DNA from: a virus
Taxonomy: Duplodnaviria; Caudoviricetes
Length of the DNA: 39,772 nucleotides
Strand: one strand, 5' to 3'
Virus record (IMG/VR): IMGVR_UViG_3300036520_000017
Span: 1 to 39,772 of that record
Made by a program: the position numbers and the translations under genes. This document shows positions 24,953 to 33,898 of the stretch, one piece after another; within the stretch, counting starts at the first letter, position 1, and every line of letters starts with the position of its first letter. The notes under the pieces are model-generated. The model was not told where the DNA came from and ran no database searches. It saw only the letters and a list, made by a program, of their open reading frames with translations.

Positions 24953-25350
24953 AAGCTCACTTTTGAGCCGTCATCGAACAAAACAGCGCGGACGCATATA
25001 CGAGGTGTGAAATCCTCTTGCTTGGCTCCGACTAGACGATCAAAGCCGGTAACGGTCATGCCTGCAATATTTCCTGCTGAAGCTGGTATCTTTAGGTCAG
25101 GATCAATCTCCAGGCCCTCGCCTGATACGATGCGATCCAGCGGGTCTATAAACCAGACACCTGCGTCCACCATCCGTATGGGCTTATCAAACGTGTTCTG
25201 CACACCTACGCGAACGTAAGTGCCGATAGGCGAAGCTTCTGCGGACCACCGGATCGGCTTCAACGGACCTTCTTCGCCGAACGGGCACTCAAACGCTGCA
25301 GCATTCAACGTCAGCGCGAGCGTTGCGATCGTACAAACAGCTAACTTCAT
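24949..25350 (-). CDS. Moron: exported protein with signal peptide
   Basis: GGAGG SD; MKLAVCTIATLALTLNAAA-FE signal; antisense between chaperone and tape measure. Confidence 0.8.
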   Translation of the reverse strand: MKLAVCTIATLALTLNAAAFECPFGEEGPLKPIRWSAEASPIGTYVRVGVQNTFDKPIRMVDAGVWFIDPLDRIVSGEGLEIDPDLKIPASAGNIAGMTVTGFDRLVGAKQEDFTPRICVRAVLFDDGSKVSF

Positions 25351-25400
25351 CTGGCCTCCATCGGGGCTGAGAAGATAGGCAATTTTGAGGGGCATGCAAC

Positions 25401-27206
25401 ATGGCAGCTGTGATCGGTGCTCTTCGGGTAGACCTTGGCCTCAACTCTGCCGAGTTTCAGGCTGGGCTGAAGAAAGCATCTGCTGGCCTTGGGAACTTCG
25501 CCAAGCTCGCCGGCGTCGGGCTAGCCGCTGTTGCTACGGCTGCCGCAGCTGCTGGAACGGCGCTCGGCTACGCAGTTAAGGGCGCGATCGACAACGCGGA
25601 TCAGATGGGCGAACTTGCCCAGCAGGTCGGCGTGTCGGTCGAAGCGCTGACCAGCCTTGGCTACGCAGCAAAGATGTCTGGATCAGACACCCAAACGCTT
25701 GCAGATGGTCTCCGTAAGCTCTCGCAGAACATGCTCAATGTAGCACAGGGCAGCACCGGGCCGGTCGCGACCGCGTTCAATGCACTGGGCATCAGCGTAA
25801 AGAACGCAAATGGCACGCTGCGTTCCTCCGATGAGGTGCTTGTTGAGGTAGCATCGAAGTTCGCTCAGTTTGAGGATGGCGCGACCAAAACTGCACTAGC
25901 CGTGCAGCTGTTCGGCCGCTCAGGCGCCCAGCTAATCCCATTTCTCAATCAGGGGCGGGACGGTATAGCGGCGCTGACTGCGGAGGCCGATAGGCTAGGC
26001 ATCACGATTTCAAGCAGCACTGCCAATGCTGCTGGTGACTTCAATGACACGCTTGATCGGCTTACCTCAACTTTTCGGGGTGTAGTCAACCAGGTGGCCG
26101 GAGCAGTGCTTCCTGCGCTGAACCAGCTTGGCGCCAAGCTTTCAGACCCCCAATTTGCTGCATCGGCGCGCGCCATTGGACTTGCGATTGTTGAAGGGCT
26201 GAAACTAGCAGTCGACGCAATCAATACGGTGATGGGCGCACTTGCGCTCCTGAAACAGGGCATGGATGCCCTTGGCATCAAGAACAACGGCGCTGGCTTT
26301 CAGAAATTCAATTCCCCGGAAGAAGCAACGCAGATACTTCGTGACCAGCTAAACGCTGGCGACACCCAAGCATCGCAAGGGGATTTCTATAGCGGCATCT
26401 TCCCTCCAGCCGGCGGAGGCGCACAACAGCTGATCCAAGACGTGCAGGCATCAGAAGACGTGCTTACTGAACTATCCACCACACTGAACGATGTGGGTGG
26501 TGGAGCGTCAGCGGCTAGTGCCGCTACCTCCGAGTTCAATGCAACAATGCAGGAGGGCTTGGCAGTCTACCAGGCTACTCGCACGCCTGCCGAAGCCTAT
26601 GCCATCGAAGTCGAGCGCTTGAACAAGTTGCTTCAGCAAGGCGCAATAGACCAGGACACTTACAATCGCGCCGTGGCGCAGGCGAAAACTGCTTTTGAGG
26701 AAGCGGAAAGCTCTGGCAGCAATCTCGCGTCGACACTGTCGTCCAGCCTCGCCAACGTATTCAGCAGTGTGGTGGACGGCTCCAAGAGTGCCGTGGACGC
26801 CATTGGTGATCTGATCAAGTCACTGGCTGACATGGCTATCCAGCAGGGCTTTCAGATGCTGTTCGGTAACTTGCTCGGTGGCGGCTCTGGGTTCAAGATC
26901 CCAGGCTTCGCAAACGGCACGAACTTCGCGCCAGGCGGGCTTGCGCTTGTCGGCGAACGTGGGCCGGAGCTTGTGAACCTACCACGAGGCTCACAGGTGA
27001 TACCCAACAGCCAACTGCGCGAAGGTGGCGGTGGGCAAGTAGTCGTTGTCATCGAGTCTGGCGAGATGTTCGAGGCCCGTGTTCAGGAGATATCAGGGGG
27101 CGTGAGCGCGCAGGCAGTTAAGGCATACGACAGCCAAATGAAGCCACGTTTCCAGGGCCTCCTGGCGCAGACGCGCCAGTCCGGCCCAATGGGATTGAGG
27201 CGGTAA
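25401..27206 (+). CDS. Tail tape measure protein
   Basis: IGALRVDLG N-terminus; Ala-rich; TRTPAE; FANG...VGERGPELV. Confidence 0.92.
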   Translation: MAAVIGALRVDLGLNSAEFQAGLKKASAGLGNFAKLAGVGLAAVATAAAAAGTALGYAVKGAIDNADQMGELAQQVGVSVEALTSLGYAAKMSGSDTQTLADGLRKLSQNMLNVAQGSTGPVATAFNALGISVKNANGTLRSSDEVLVEVASKFAQFEDGATKTALAVQLFGRSGAQLIPFLNQGRDGIAALTAEADRLGITISSSTANAAGDFNDTLDRLTSTFRGVVNQVAGAVLPALNQLGAKLSDPQFAASARAIGLAIVEGLKLAVDAINTVMGALALLKQGMDALGIKNNGAGFQKFNSPEEATQILRDQLNAGDTQASQGDFYSGIFPPAGGGAQQLIQDVQASEDVLTELSTTLNDVGGGASAASAATSEFNATMQEGLAVYQATRTPAEAYAIEVERLNKLLQQGAIDQDTYNRAVAQAKTAFEEAESSGSNLASTLSSSLANVFSSVVDGSKSAVDAIGDLIKSLADMAIQQGFQMLFGNLLGGGSGFKIPGFANGTNFAPGGLALVGERGPELVNLPRGSQVIPNSQLREGGGGQVVVVIESGEMFEARVQEISGGVSAQAVKAYDSQMKPRFQGLLAQTRQSGPMGLRR

Positions 27207-27809
27207 ATGGCACTCAGCTTTCCCCTCGCTCTGCCGTTCGAGCGGTTTGTCTCGACGCGCTTCCGCATTGTGCCCTTGGTCGCCAAGACCAGAACTGGTG
27301 CGGCAAGCTTTGCTCGTGAAATAGGACCCGCCTACTGGTCTGCGGAGGTCAGCACGCCTCCACATACCCCAGAGGAACTATACCGCTGGCTGGCCTTCTT
27401 TGACGCACTGCGGGGCGGTGCAAAGAGCTTCCTGCTGTTTGATGCAGGACGTCTGGCGCCGTTCGCACATCCAACGCACACCGGAACGGCGAACCTGTCT
27501 GCAATCACCAATCCACGGCAGGTGTCGATCAACGGTCTGCCTGCAGCGTTCAAGATGACGGCGGGCGACTACATCGGTTTTGAGCGCACCGGCCGCTATA
27601 GCCTGCACCGCGTGGTACAGGACGCTACGGCAAGCGCCGGCGGCGTCGCTGCTGTCTCGTTCGAGCCGCCATTGGCAGCGCACTTCCAAACAGGCAGCCT
27701 TGTCAGGCTGAACAAGCCCAAGGGGGAGTTCGTGTTGGACAGCCACGAAGCCACTCGTGGTCTCTTGCCGAGCCCAGTCTCGTTCTCTGCCACGTCGCGA
27801 GCCTTCTGA
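27207..27809 (+). CDS. Distal tail protein (Dit-like)
   Basis: Follows TMP; W.AFFDALRGG..SF, GDYIGF, FEPPL. Confidence 0.75.
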   Translation: MALSFPLALPFERFVSTRFRIVPLVAKTRTGAASFAREIGPAYWSAEVSTPPHTPEELYRWLAFFDALRGGAKSFLLFDAGRLAPFAHPTHTGTANLSAITNPRQVSINGLPAAFKMTAGDYIGFERTGRYSLHRVVQDATASAGGVAAVSFEPPLAAHFQTGSLVRLNKPKGEFVLDSHEATRGLLPSPVSFSATSRAF

Positions 27810-28390
27810 TGGCCCTGTCCCTTTCACCGGCAGTGCAGGCAGCTCTTTCCGCCGGCCAGGGCGCTCTGGCTGCGCTCTACACGTTCGAGTTCGGCTCGGG
27901 CACGTACGGCTTCTGGACCGGCCTCGGAGCCAAGATCCACAACGGCGTGACCTATCATGCCAGTGGATCGGTCATTGAGGTATCTGCAATCGAGCAGCGC
28001 AACGATGGTTCTGTCTCCGAACTGACGATCTCGCTGGCAGCCGCTCCGGACAAGGGCATCACGCCTGATGTGCTCGAAGCCCTCTACGACGAAGACTGGC
28101 ACCTGAAGCCGGTAACGGTGCAGATCGCGATCCTTGATCCAGACAGCTACGCCATTATCGGCACACAGACGCTGTTTCGCGGGATCGTTGACTCGGCACC
28201 GTATCAGCGCCAGCCGGAGGCGCGGATCGAAGCGCGATGCCAGTCGCGTGCCATCGATCTAACGCGGCCAGGCAATCTTTATCGCAATGCATCAACGCAG
28301 AAGCGCTTTGACGCCACTGATCGTGGTCTTGAGGGTATCGGCGCGCTTAACGCCACACTGCAGCGCGGCATCAAATGGGGGCAGGCATGA
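27809..28390 (+). CDS. Baseplate hub / tail tip protein (DUF2163-like)
   Basis: FWTGLG, LFRG.VD, Q...DRGLE, WG terminus. Confidence 0.75.
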   Translation: MALSLSPAVQAALSAGQGALAALYTFEFGSGTYGFWTGLGAKIHNGVTYHASGSVIEVSAIEQRNDGSVSELTISLAAAPDKGITPDVLEALYDEDWHLKPVTVQIAILDPDSYAIIGTQTLFRGIVDSAPYQRQPEARIEARCQSRAIDLTRPGNLYRNASTQKRFDATDRGLEGIGALNATLQRGIKWGQA

Positions 28391-28599
28391 CTGAGAGCGA
28401 ACGCATTGCTGATCTTGAGCGCCGCTTTAGTCAGTTGCAGAACCAGGTTCTGGCAATGAGCGAACTGCTCGGCAGCCAGTCCAGCCTGATCACTCAGCTG
28501 TCGACACAGCAGGTCGAGAACTCGCAGGGTCTGAGCCGCGCTAACGATCTGCTGCGGAACATCGCTAAAGCCCTTGAGACGCCTGATGCGGCTGCGTGA
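28387..28599 (+). CDS. Small coiled-coil hypothetical protein
   Basis: ATGA overlap; heptad pattern. Confidence 0.55.
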   Translation: MTESERIADLERRFSQLQNQVLAMSELLGSQSSLITQLSTQQVENSQGLSRANDLLRNIAKALETPDAAA

Positions 28600-28987
28600 C
28601 TGGGAGCAGCGCTTCGTCGCTGTTATGCCGGACGAGATGGCCAAGCCTTTTGCATGGGGCACAGCCGACTGCGCTTGCCTCATGGCAGCTGCCGTTCGTG
28701 CCTGCCATGGCGATGATCATCCGGCGCTGAAGATGCTTGGCGGTTACAAGACCGAGCGCGGCGCCGTCACGAAGATGGCCCGACTGGGTGGCTTGTCCGC
28801 TGCTCTGGCGCTGCACTTCGAAGAGGTGCCGGTGCTGATGGCGCAAGCCGGTGACATCGGCGTTCTGGCCGGCAACGGCATCGAGGCCGGCGCTGTGGTG
28901 ATCGATGGCCAGGCTGTCGGCAAGGGTGAAGGCGCCACGGCATATCGGCTGCCCGTGCGCAGCCTGACAAAGGTTTTCAGGGTCTAG
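28586..28987 (+). CDS. NlpC/P60-like tail tip protein (DUF6950-like)
   Basis: MRLRDWEQR...PFAWGTADC...AQAGDI. Confidence 0.82.
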   Translation: MRLRDWEQRFVAVMPDEMAKPFAWGTADCACLMAAAVRACHGDDHPALKMLGGYKTERGAVTKMARLGGLSAALALHFEEVPVLMAQAGDIGVLAGNGIEAGAVVIDGQAVGKGEGATAYRLPVRSLTKVFRV

Positions 28988-28990
28988 CCA

Positions 28991-31900
28991 ATGTTCAAAC
29001 GCTTAGTTCTGGCGTTGGCGCTCACCACCGCGCTGACGGCGCCGACCCATGCCGCGCCGCTCGTCGGGGCTCTGATCCCGGCCCTTGCCGGAACGTTTAC
29101 CGCTACGCTGCTCGGGGCTGGCCTGCAGATCGCTGCTGGCTTTGCGCTCAACTGGATTGCAGAAGCCCTGCGACCCAAGCCAGTGGAGCAGACAGCGGAG
29201 ATCAACCCGCTGGAGATCCGCTACGGTGAGCGTGTAGCGCGCTCAGGTGCGTTCGGCATTACGCTCCTCGGCGGTCACCGTGTGCATGTCAACGAGTTCG
29301 AGAATGCCTTTAAGCTGCAGCTGGTGGACGTGCTGGCCGATGGCTGGTGCGAGAACATCATCGGCGTTTACGTCAACGGCAAGCAGCACAACCTGACCGA
29401 GAAGGCGCCAACCAGTGGTGAGGCGCGCCGGTTCGAAGTGGATGGCTTTGGCATCTACATGGAGCTAGCGTTCTTTGACGGCAATCCGAACCAGCCCGCC
29501 TCGTCAGAACTCTGGACCACCAGCGATGTTTGGACGGCTGATCACCGGCTGGCTGGGCAGTGTTATGTTGTTGCCACGCTGATCAGCAACAAGGAACTCT
29601 ACAACGGCGTTCCCGAGATCCAGTACATCCTCAAGGGGCAGAAGCTTTACGACCCGCGCAAGGACCCAAGCATGGGCGGCGTCGGATCGCACAACTTCAA
29701 CAACCCGGCCACCTGGGAATGGACCGACAATCCGGCGATTGCCGCTTATCATTTTACGCGCGGCTTTTACCAGAATGGGCAGCGCATGCTCGGTGCTGGC
29801 CTTGGTCCGGCTGATCTCGACTTTGACAGCTTCCTCACGGCCATCAACACTTGCGACCAGCTGATCACGCGCCCTGATGGATCGCAGCGCAAGCGCTATG
29901 AAGCGAACTTTGCTTTTGATGATGTGACCGCGCCGGCCGAAGTGCTGCAGACACTGTGCCAGGCCATGGGCGGGTTCTTCGCCGAAAAGCAGGGGCAGAT
30001 CGCCATCTTTGCCGGACGGGCACAGACGCCAGTCCTGACCATCACGAGCGACGATATCGTGGCCGATGAGGCGGTGGTCTATTCGCCCAAGCGGTCGGGC
30101 TCGCAGCTCTATACCGGTGTGCAGGGCACTTATACCCACGGCGTCGACTACCGGCCGGTGCCCTATACCGCCTTGGAGCCAATTGAGTTCACGGCAGCCG
30201 ATGGCAAGTCGGCCATGATGGCTCTGGACTTGCCGCAGGTCCGCGATGGGCATCAGGCGTACCTCTTGGCCAAGCAGGCGCTGTTTGCCAACCGGACCCA
30301 GGCCAGCGGGCAGTTCACGCTCGACATCAAGGATCTGCTGGTAGAGGTTGGCGATTGGGTCAACTGGAGCGATGATGGTCCGCTGATCACCAGCAAGACC
30401 TATCGTGTGGTCGGCTCGACACACAATCTGCAGACCATGCGGATGACGCTGCAGCTCGAGGAAACGAGCGCAGATGTTTATTCCGACACATCGACGCCTG
30501 GCGACATCGAGGAACCGGTTCGCAATCCGGTGGAGCCCGGTTATCAGTCCGAGGTCTACGGCCTTGTTGTTGCGCCATATCCCTTCTACGGGGCGAATGG
30601 CGAGGAACTGCCGGGTCTGATCTTCCAATATGCGCCGATCTATGACCCCGCAGTGCGCGCGGTCCGGATTGAGTTCCGCGAGGTCGGCACCGAAGCCCCG
30701 CTCGGCAAGGAATATGACGCCAGCGTTGGCGACGGCTCGTTCCTCTCCAGCAGCACGGTCAAGGCCGGTGTGCTCTATGAGGCAAGGGCACAACTCGACA
30801 GTCTTCCGGGCCGCGAGTACCCATGGAGTGACTGGGTGCAAGCCTCAGGCGTCACCGGCACGGTGCGCCCAGGTCTGGGCACGATCGATGTTGGCGCCAT
30901 CAATGATGTGCTGGCAGGCTTTCTTGGCTTTTTGCCGGGCAACATCGATGACAGCCTGCCTGGTCGTATTCAGCAGCTCCATGATGAGATCGCGCGGCTC
31001 GCCACGATCACCACCGATGGCGCTGTCACAGCCAAGAAAGAACGCCGGGAGATCAAGACTGTTGTGGCCGATGTGTCGGCCAACTTCACCGAACAGATCG
31101 AAGTTCTTGTGTCGGCCGATGCTGCCGTCGCCTCGCAAATCACAACGATCAACGCAGCCGTTGGCCAGAACACCTCGGGGATCATCAACGCCAACATCGC
31201 GCGGGTGAACGGTGACCAGGCCAATGCCACGGCCATCCAGAACCTCAACACGGCCTTTAACAACAACGCGGCGAGCGTCGGCACACAGCTGACGGCACTT
31301 ACGAACAAGACAAACGCACAAGCTGATCTCATCACCCAGGCTGTTGCTCAGTCTGAGTTCGGCACGGCCGAAGGCCTTTTTGGCATTCAGGCTGTCTCGG
31401 GCGTGTCTGGCGTCACTGCCCGCATGCGCGCCGTGGTACGCACATCCGTCAACGCAACGTTGCGCGAAGCAGGCTTCTTCGTTGACGTGATGAATACGGG
31501 CGCGACCCGCTTCGCGGTCAAGGCTGATCAGTTCTACTTCCTGAGCGCTGCGGGTTCGTACCTCCTGGCGCCGTTCGTCATCAAGAACGGCGTGGTCTAC
31601 ATTCAGACGGCGGTGATTGAGAACCTGAGTATCGGGTCTGAAAAGATCGTCAACAATGCGGTGAGCGATGCTGCCGTTTCGGGCCAAGGTAGTGGCCAAA
31701 ACCAGCTGGCGGCTGTGAGCATCAACGTCACGAACGGCTTTGCCTTCGTGTTCACGTCGATGATCCTCAATCGCCCTACGGCCAATTCGGGCAACTTCGG
31801 CAACATCCTGCTGGAGCTCAAGCGTGGCGGCACGACGATAAGCCAGCGGACGATCTTTTATGACGACAACTTCGGCCAGACCCCATCATTCTTCCATGCT

Positions 31901-32014
31901 GACGGGCCTCCCCCAGGCGTCCACCAGTATTCGATCCACGCCACGAACCTGAGCGGCAACGGGCAATGGAACATGTCTGGCGCCGTTGTCGGCGTGATCA
32001 ACATGAGGAAGTAG
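28991..32014 (+). CDS. Central tail fibre / host-specificity protein (J-like)
   Basis: KLYDPRKD, WEWTDNPA, coiled-coil segment, DUF1983-like FAVKADQF..PFVIKNGVVYI. Confidence 0.88.
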   Translation: MFKRLVLALALTTALTAPTHAAPLVGALIPALAGTFTATLLGAGLQIAAGFALNWIAEALRPKPVEQTAEINPLEIRYGERVARSGAFGITLLGGHRVHVNEFENAFKLQLVDVLADGWCENIIGVYVNGKQHNLTEKAPTSGEARRFEVDGFGIYMELAFFDGNPNQPASSELWTTSDVWTADHRLAGQCYVVATLISNKELYNGVPEIQYILKGQKLYDPRKDPSMGGVGSHNFNNPATWEWTDNPAIAAYHFTRGFYQNGQRMLGAGLGPADLDFDSFLTAINTCDQLITRPDGSQRKRYEANFAFDDVTAPAEVLQTLCQAMGGFFAEKQGQIAIFAGRAQTPVLTITSDDIVADEAVVYSPKRSGSQLYTGVQGTYTHGVDYRPVPYTALEPIEFTAADGKSAMMALDLPQVRDGHQAYLLAKQALFANRTQASGQFTLDIKDLLVEVGDWVNWSDDGPLITSKTYRVVGSTHNLQTMRMTLQLEETSADVYSDTSTPGDIEEPVRNPVEPGYQSEVYGLVVAPYPFYGANGEELPGLIFQYAPIYDPAVRAVRIEFREVGTEAPLGKEYDASVGDGSFLSSSTVKAGVLYEARAQLDSLPGREYPWSDWVQASGVTGTVRPGLGTIDVGAINDVLAGFLGFLPGNIDDSLPGRIQQLHDEIARLATITTDGAVTAKKERREIKTVVADVSANFTEQIEVLVSADAAVASQITTINAAVGQNTSGIINANIARVNGDQANATAIQNLNTAFNNNAASVGTQLTALTNKTNAQADLITQAVAQSEFGTAEGLFGIQAVSGVSGVTARMRAVVRTSVNATLREAGFFVDVMNTGATRFAVKADQFYFLSAAGSYLLAPFVIKNGVVYIQTAVIENLSIGSEKIVNNAVSDAAVSGQGSGQNQLAAVSINVTNGFAFVFTSMILNRPTANSGNFGNILLELKRGGTTISQRTIFYDDNFGQTPSFFHADGPPPGVHQYSIHATNLSGNGQWNMSGAVVGVINMRK

Positions 32015-32015
32015 C

Positions 32016-32435
32016 ATGCTCGACACTTCAGGCATGACTCCGTTCTCGGTCTACCGGGAAACGGACGGCATTGTCGTTCGCAACGGCTTTGCTGGGTCGC
32101 CAGAACAGCTGGCCGCGCAAGCCGGCGAAGGTGAAGAGGTGCTAGCGGGCGTCGATCTCCCGGTGGGCAGTGTTGTCGGCGCCGATCAGGTGATCCTGCC
32201 GGAAAGCGCCCCTGCGCCAGACGTGACGGCCGATGATGTCAAACGGCATGCGGCGCGGCTGTTGTCCTACACCGACTGGATGGTGATGCGGGCTGCTGAA
32301 CCTGACGGCAAGCCGATGCCTGAAGAGGTGATCGCCTGGCGCGCTCTGATCCGCAAGCGATCTGCCGAAATTGAAGCCATGCAGCCTATTCCGCGCGACT
32401 TTGAACAAGACCACTACTGGCAGGAGCAAGCCTGA
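32016..32435 (+). CDS. Tail fibre assembly/chaperone-like protein
   Basis: LLSYTDWMVMRAAE...WRALIR; DFEQDHYW. Confidence 0.7.
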   Translation: MLDTSGMTPFSVYRETDGIVVRNGFAGSPEQLAAQAGEGEEVLAGVDLPVGSVVGADQVILPESAPAPDVTADDVKRHAARLLSYTDWMVMRAAEPDGKPMPEEVIAWRALIRKRSAEIEAMQPIPRDFEQDHYWQEQA

Positions 32436-33880
32436 TGCCCGCAAACACCTATTCTGTCGGCACGGTCGGTGCGACGAACGGCTCTCGCACAGTAACGTTC
32501 GCCGGTGGCGCGCTTGCCTCTGCCTTCAACATGAAGCCCGGTGACGTCTTTCACATCCAAGGCGCGTCCACGAACTATCTGGCCTCGATCACTGACGCTG
32601 GCACGGTTGAACTCACCATGCCATTCGACGGCACCACCGGCACAGGCAAGGCCTACACGGTGGTTCGCATGCCGATCGGCTGGGGTGATCGCACTGAGCT
32701 TGCCGAAGAGGTCGCGGAAGAGATCCGCATCCTTGGCCAGTTCGATGATGGCACCGTGGTGGTCAGCCAGCCCATTCTCTCGGGCAATGGCCTACCCGCA
32801 ACCTCGCTCGGACAGGTCAATAACCTCTACATCAACGTCCTCACCTGGGATGTCTACCGCAAGACCGGCGCAACCACCTGGTCGGCAATCGGCAACATCA
32901 AGGGCGCAACCGGTGCCAACGGGTCGACGGTCCGCGTCGGGGCTGGCGTTCCCAATGACGCCTTGGGCCTTAATGGCGACAGCTACGTCAATGTCTCGAC
33001 GGGCGGGCTCTATTCCAAGGCTTCAGGGGCTTACACGCTGCAGGGCTCTCTGCGTGGCGAAAAGGGCGACAAGGGCGACAGCTTTCAGGTGAACGCCATT
33101 GGCCTATTTGCTGACCGCGCCACATACAACGGCCAGCCTGTGAACTTCGCCTTTGTGGCGACAGACCAGAATGAGCAGGGTGAGCCAGGTGTGTTCCTGT
33201 TCTTTCGCTCGGGCGCTGCCGGAAACTGGTCGGTCGGTGTGCCGTTCGGTAAAGGCGACAAAGGCGATCAGGGCGGACAGGGCATTCAGGGACCGCAAGG
33301 AGAGATTGGCCCTCAGGGGCTTAAGGGTGACACTGGCGCCCAGGGTGAGGTCGGACCGCAGGGGGAGCAAGGTCCACAGGGCATTCAGGGCATCAAGGGC
33401 GACCAAGGCGTGCAGGGGCCGATAGGTCTGCAGGGCGAGCAAGGCCCGCAGGGCATTCAGGGTGTCGCTGGCCCAACTGGTCCTGGCTTTGCATGGCGCT
33501 CTGTTCACACCCTCAGCACCGTCTACGCCGTGCGCGATGTGGTCTACGCCGCAAACCAAGCTTGGGTTGCTAAGGTTGCGCACACCTCCAACTCGGACAC
33601 GGCTCCCGGCACTGGTGCTCAGCACCCAACCTATTGGGATCTGTTTGCGGCGCGTGGCCCGCAGGGCGAAGTCGGGCCGCAAGGTGTTCAAGGGGAGCAA
33701 GGCCCGCCTGGTCCTGCCGGTCCCGCAGGGCCTGCTGGCGCGGGCTCTGGCGACATGCTGGTCTCGATCTATGACACGAACGGCAATGGCATCGTGGACG
33801 CCGCAGAAACGGTGCCCTGGACCGGCGTTGTCGGTCGCCCCATGAACTCTATTGCTGCCGCTCTCGTGTTCGGCGCCTAA
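32435..33880 (+). CDS. Collagen-like tail fibre protein 1
   Basis: YSVGTV..TNGS anchor, GxY repeats, CBM5/12-like module, C-terminal AAALVFG. Confidence 0.88.
   Translation: MPANTYSVGTVGATNGSRTVTFAGGALASAFNMKPGDVFHIQGASTNYLASITDAGTVELTMPFDGTTGTGKAYTVVRMPIGWGDRTELAEEVAEEIRILGQFDDGTVVVSQPILSGNGLPATSLGQVNNLYINVLTWDVYRKTGATTWSAIGNIKGATGANGSTVRVGAGVPNDALGLNGDSYVNVSTGGLYSKASGAYTLQGSLRGEKGDKGDSFQVNAIGLFADRATYNGQPVNFAFVATDQNEQGEPGVFLFFRSGAAGNWSVGVPFGKGDKGDQGGQGIQGPQGEIGPQGLKGDTGAQGEVGPQGEQGPQGIQGIKGDQGVQGPIGLQGEQGPQGIQGVAGPTGPGFAWRSVHTLSTVYAVRDVVYAANQAWVAKVAHTSNSDTAPGTGAQHPTYWDLFAARGPQGEVGPQGVQGEQGPPGPAGPAGPAGAGSGDMLVSIYDTNGNGIVDAAETVPWTGVVGRPMNSIAAALVFGA
33254..33740 (+). repeat. Collagen G-X-Y repeats (about 33254-33487 and 33655-33740)
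   Basis: GPQGEIGPQGLKGDTG... 9-nt periodicity. Confidence 0.9.
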
Positions 33881-33898
33881 CCTTCAAGGAACATCGCT

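Noticed and set aside
29504-31699. Long minus-strand ORFs (445 and 284 aa)
   Set aside because: Shadow ORFs of the GC-rich central fibre gene; no SD or motifs noted
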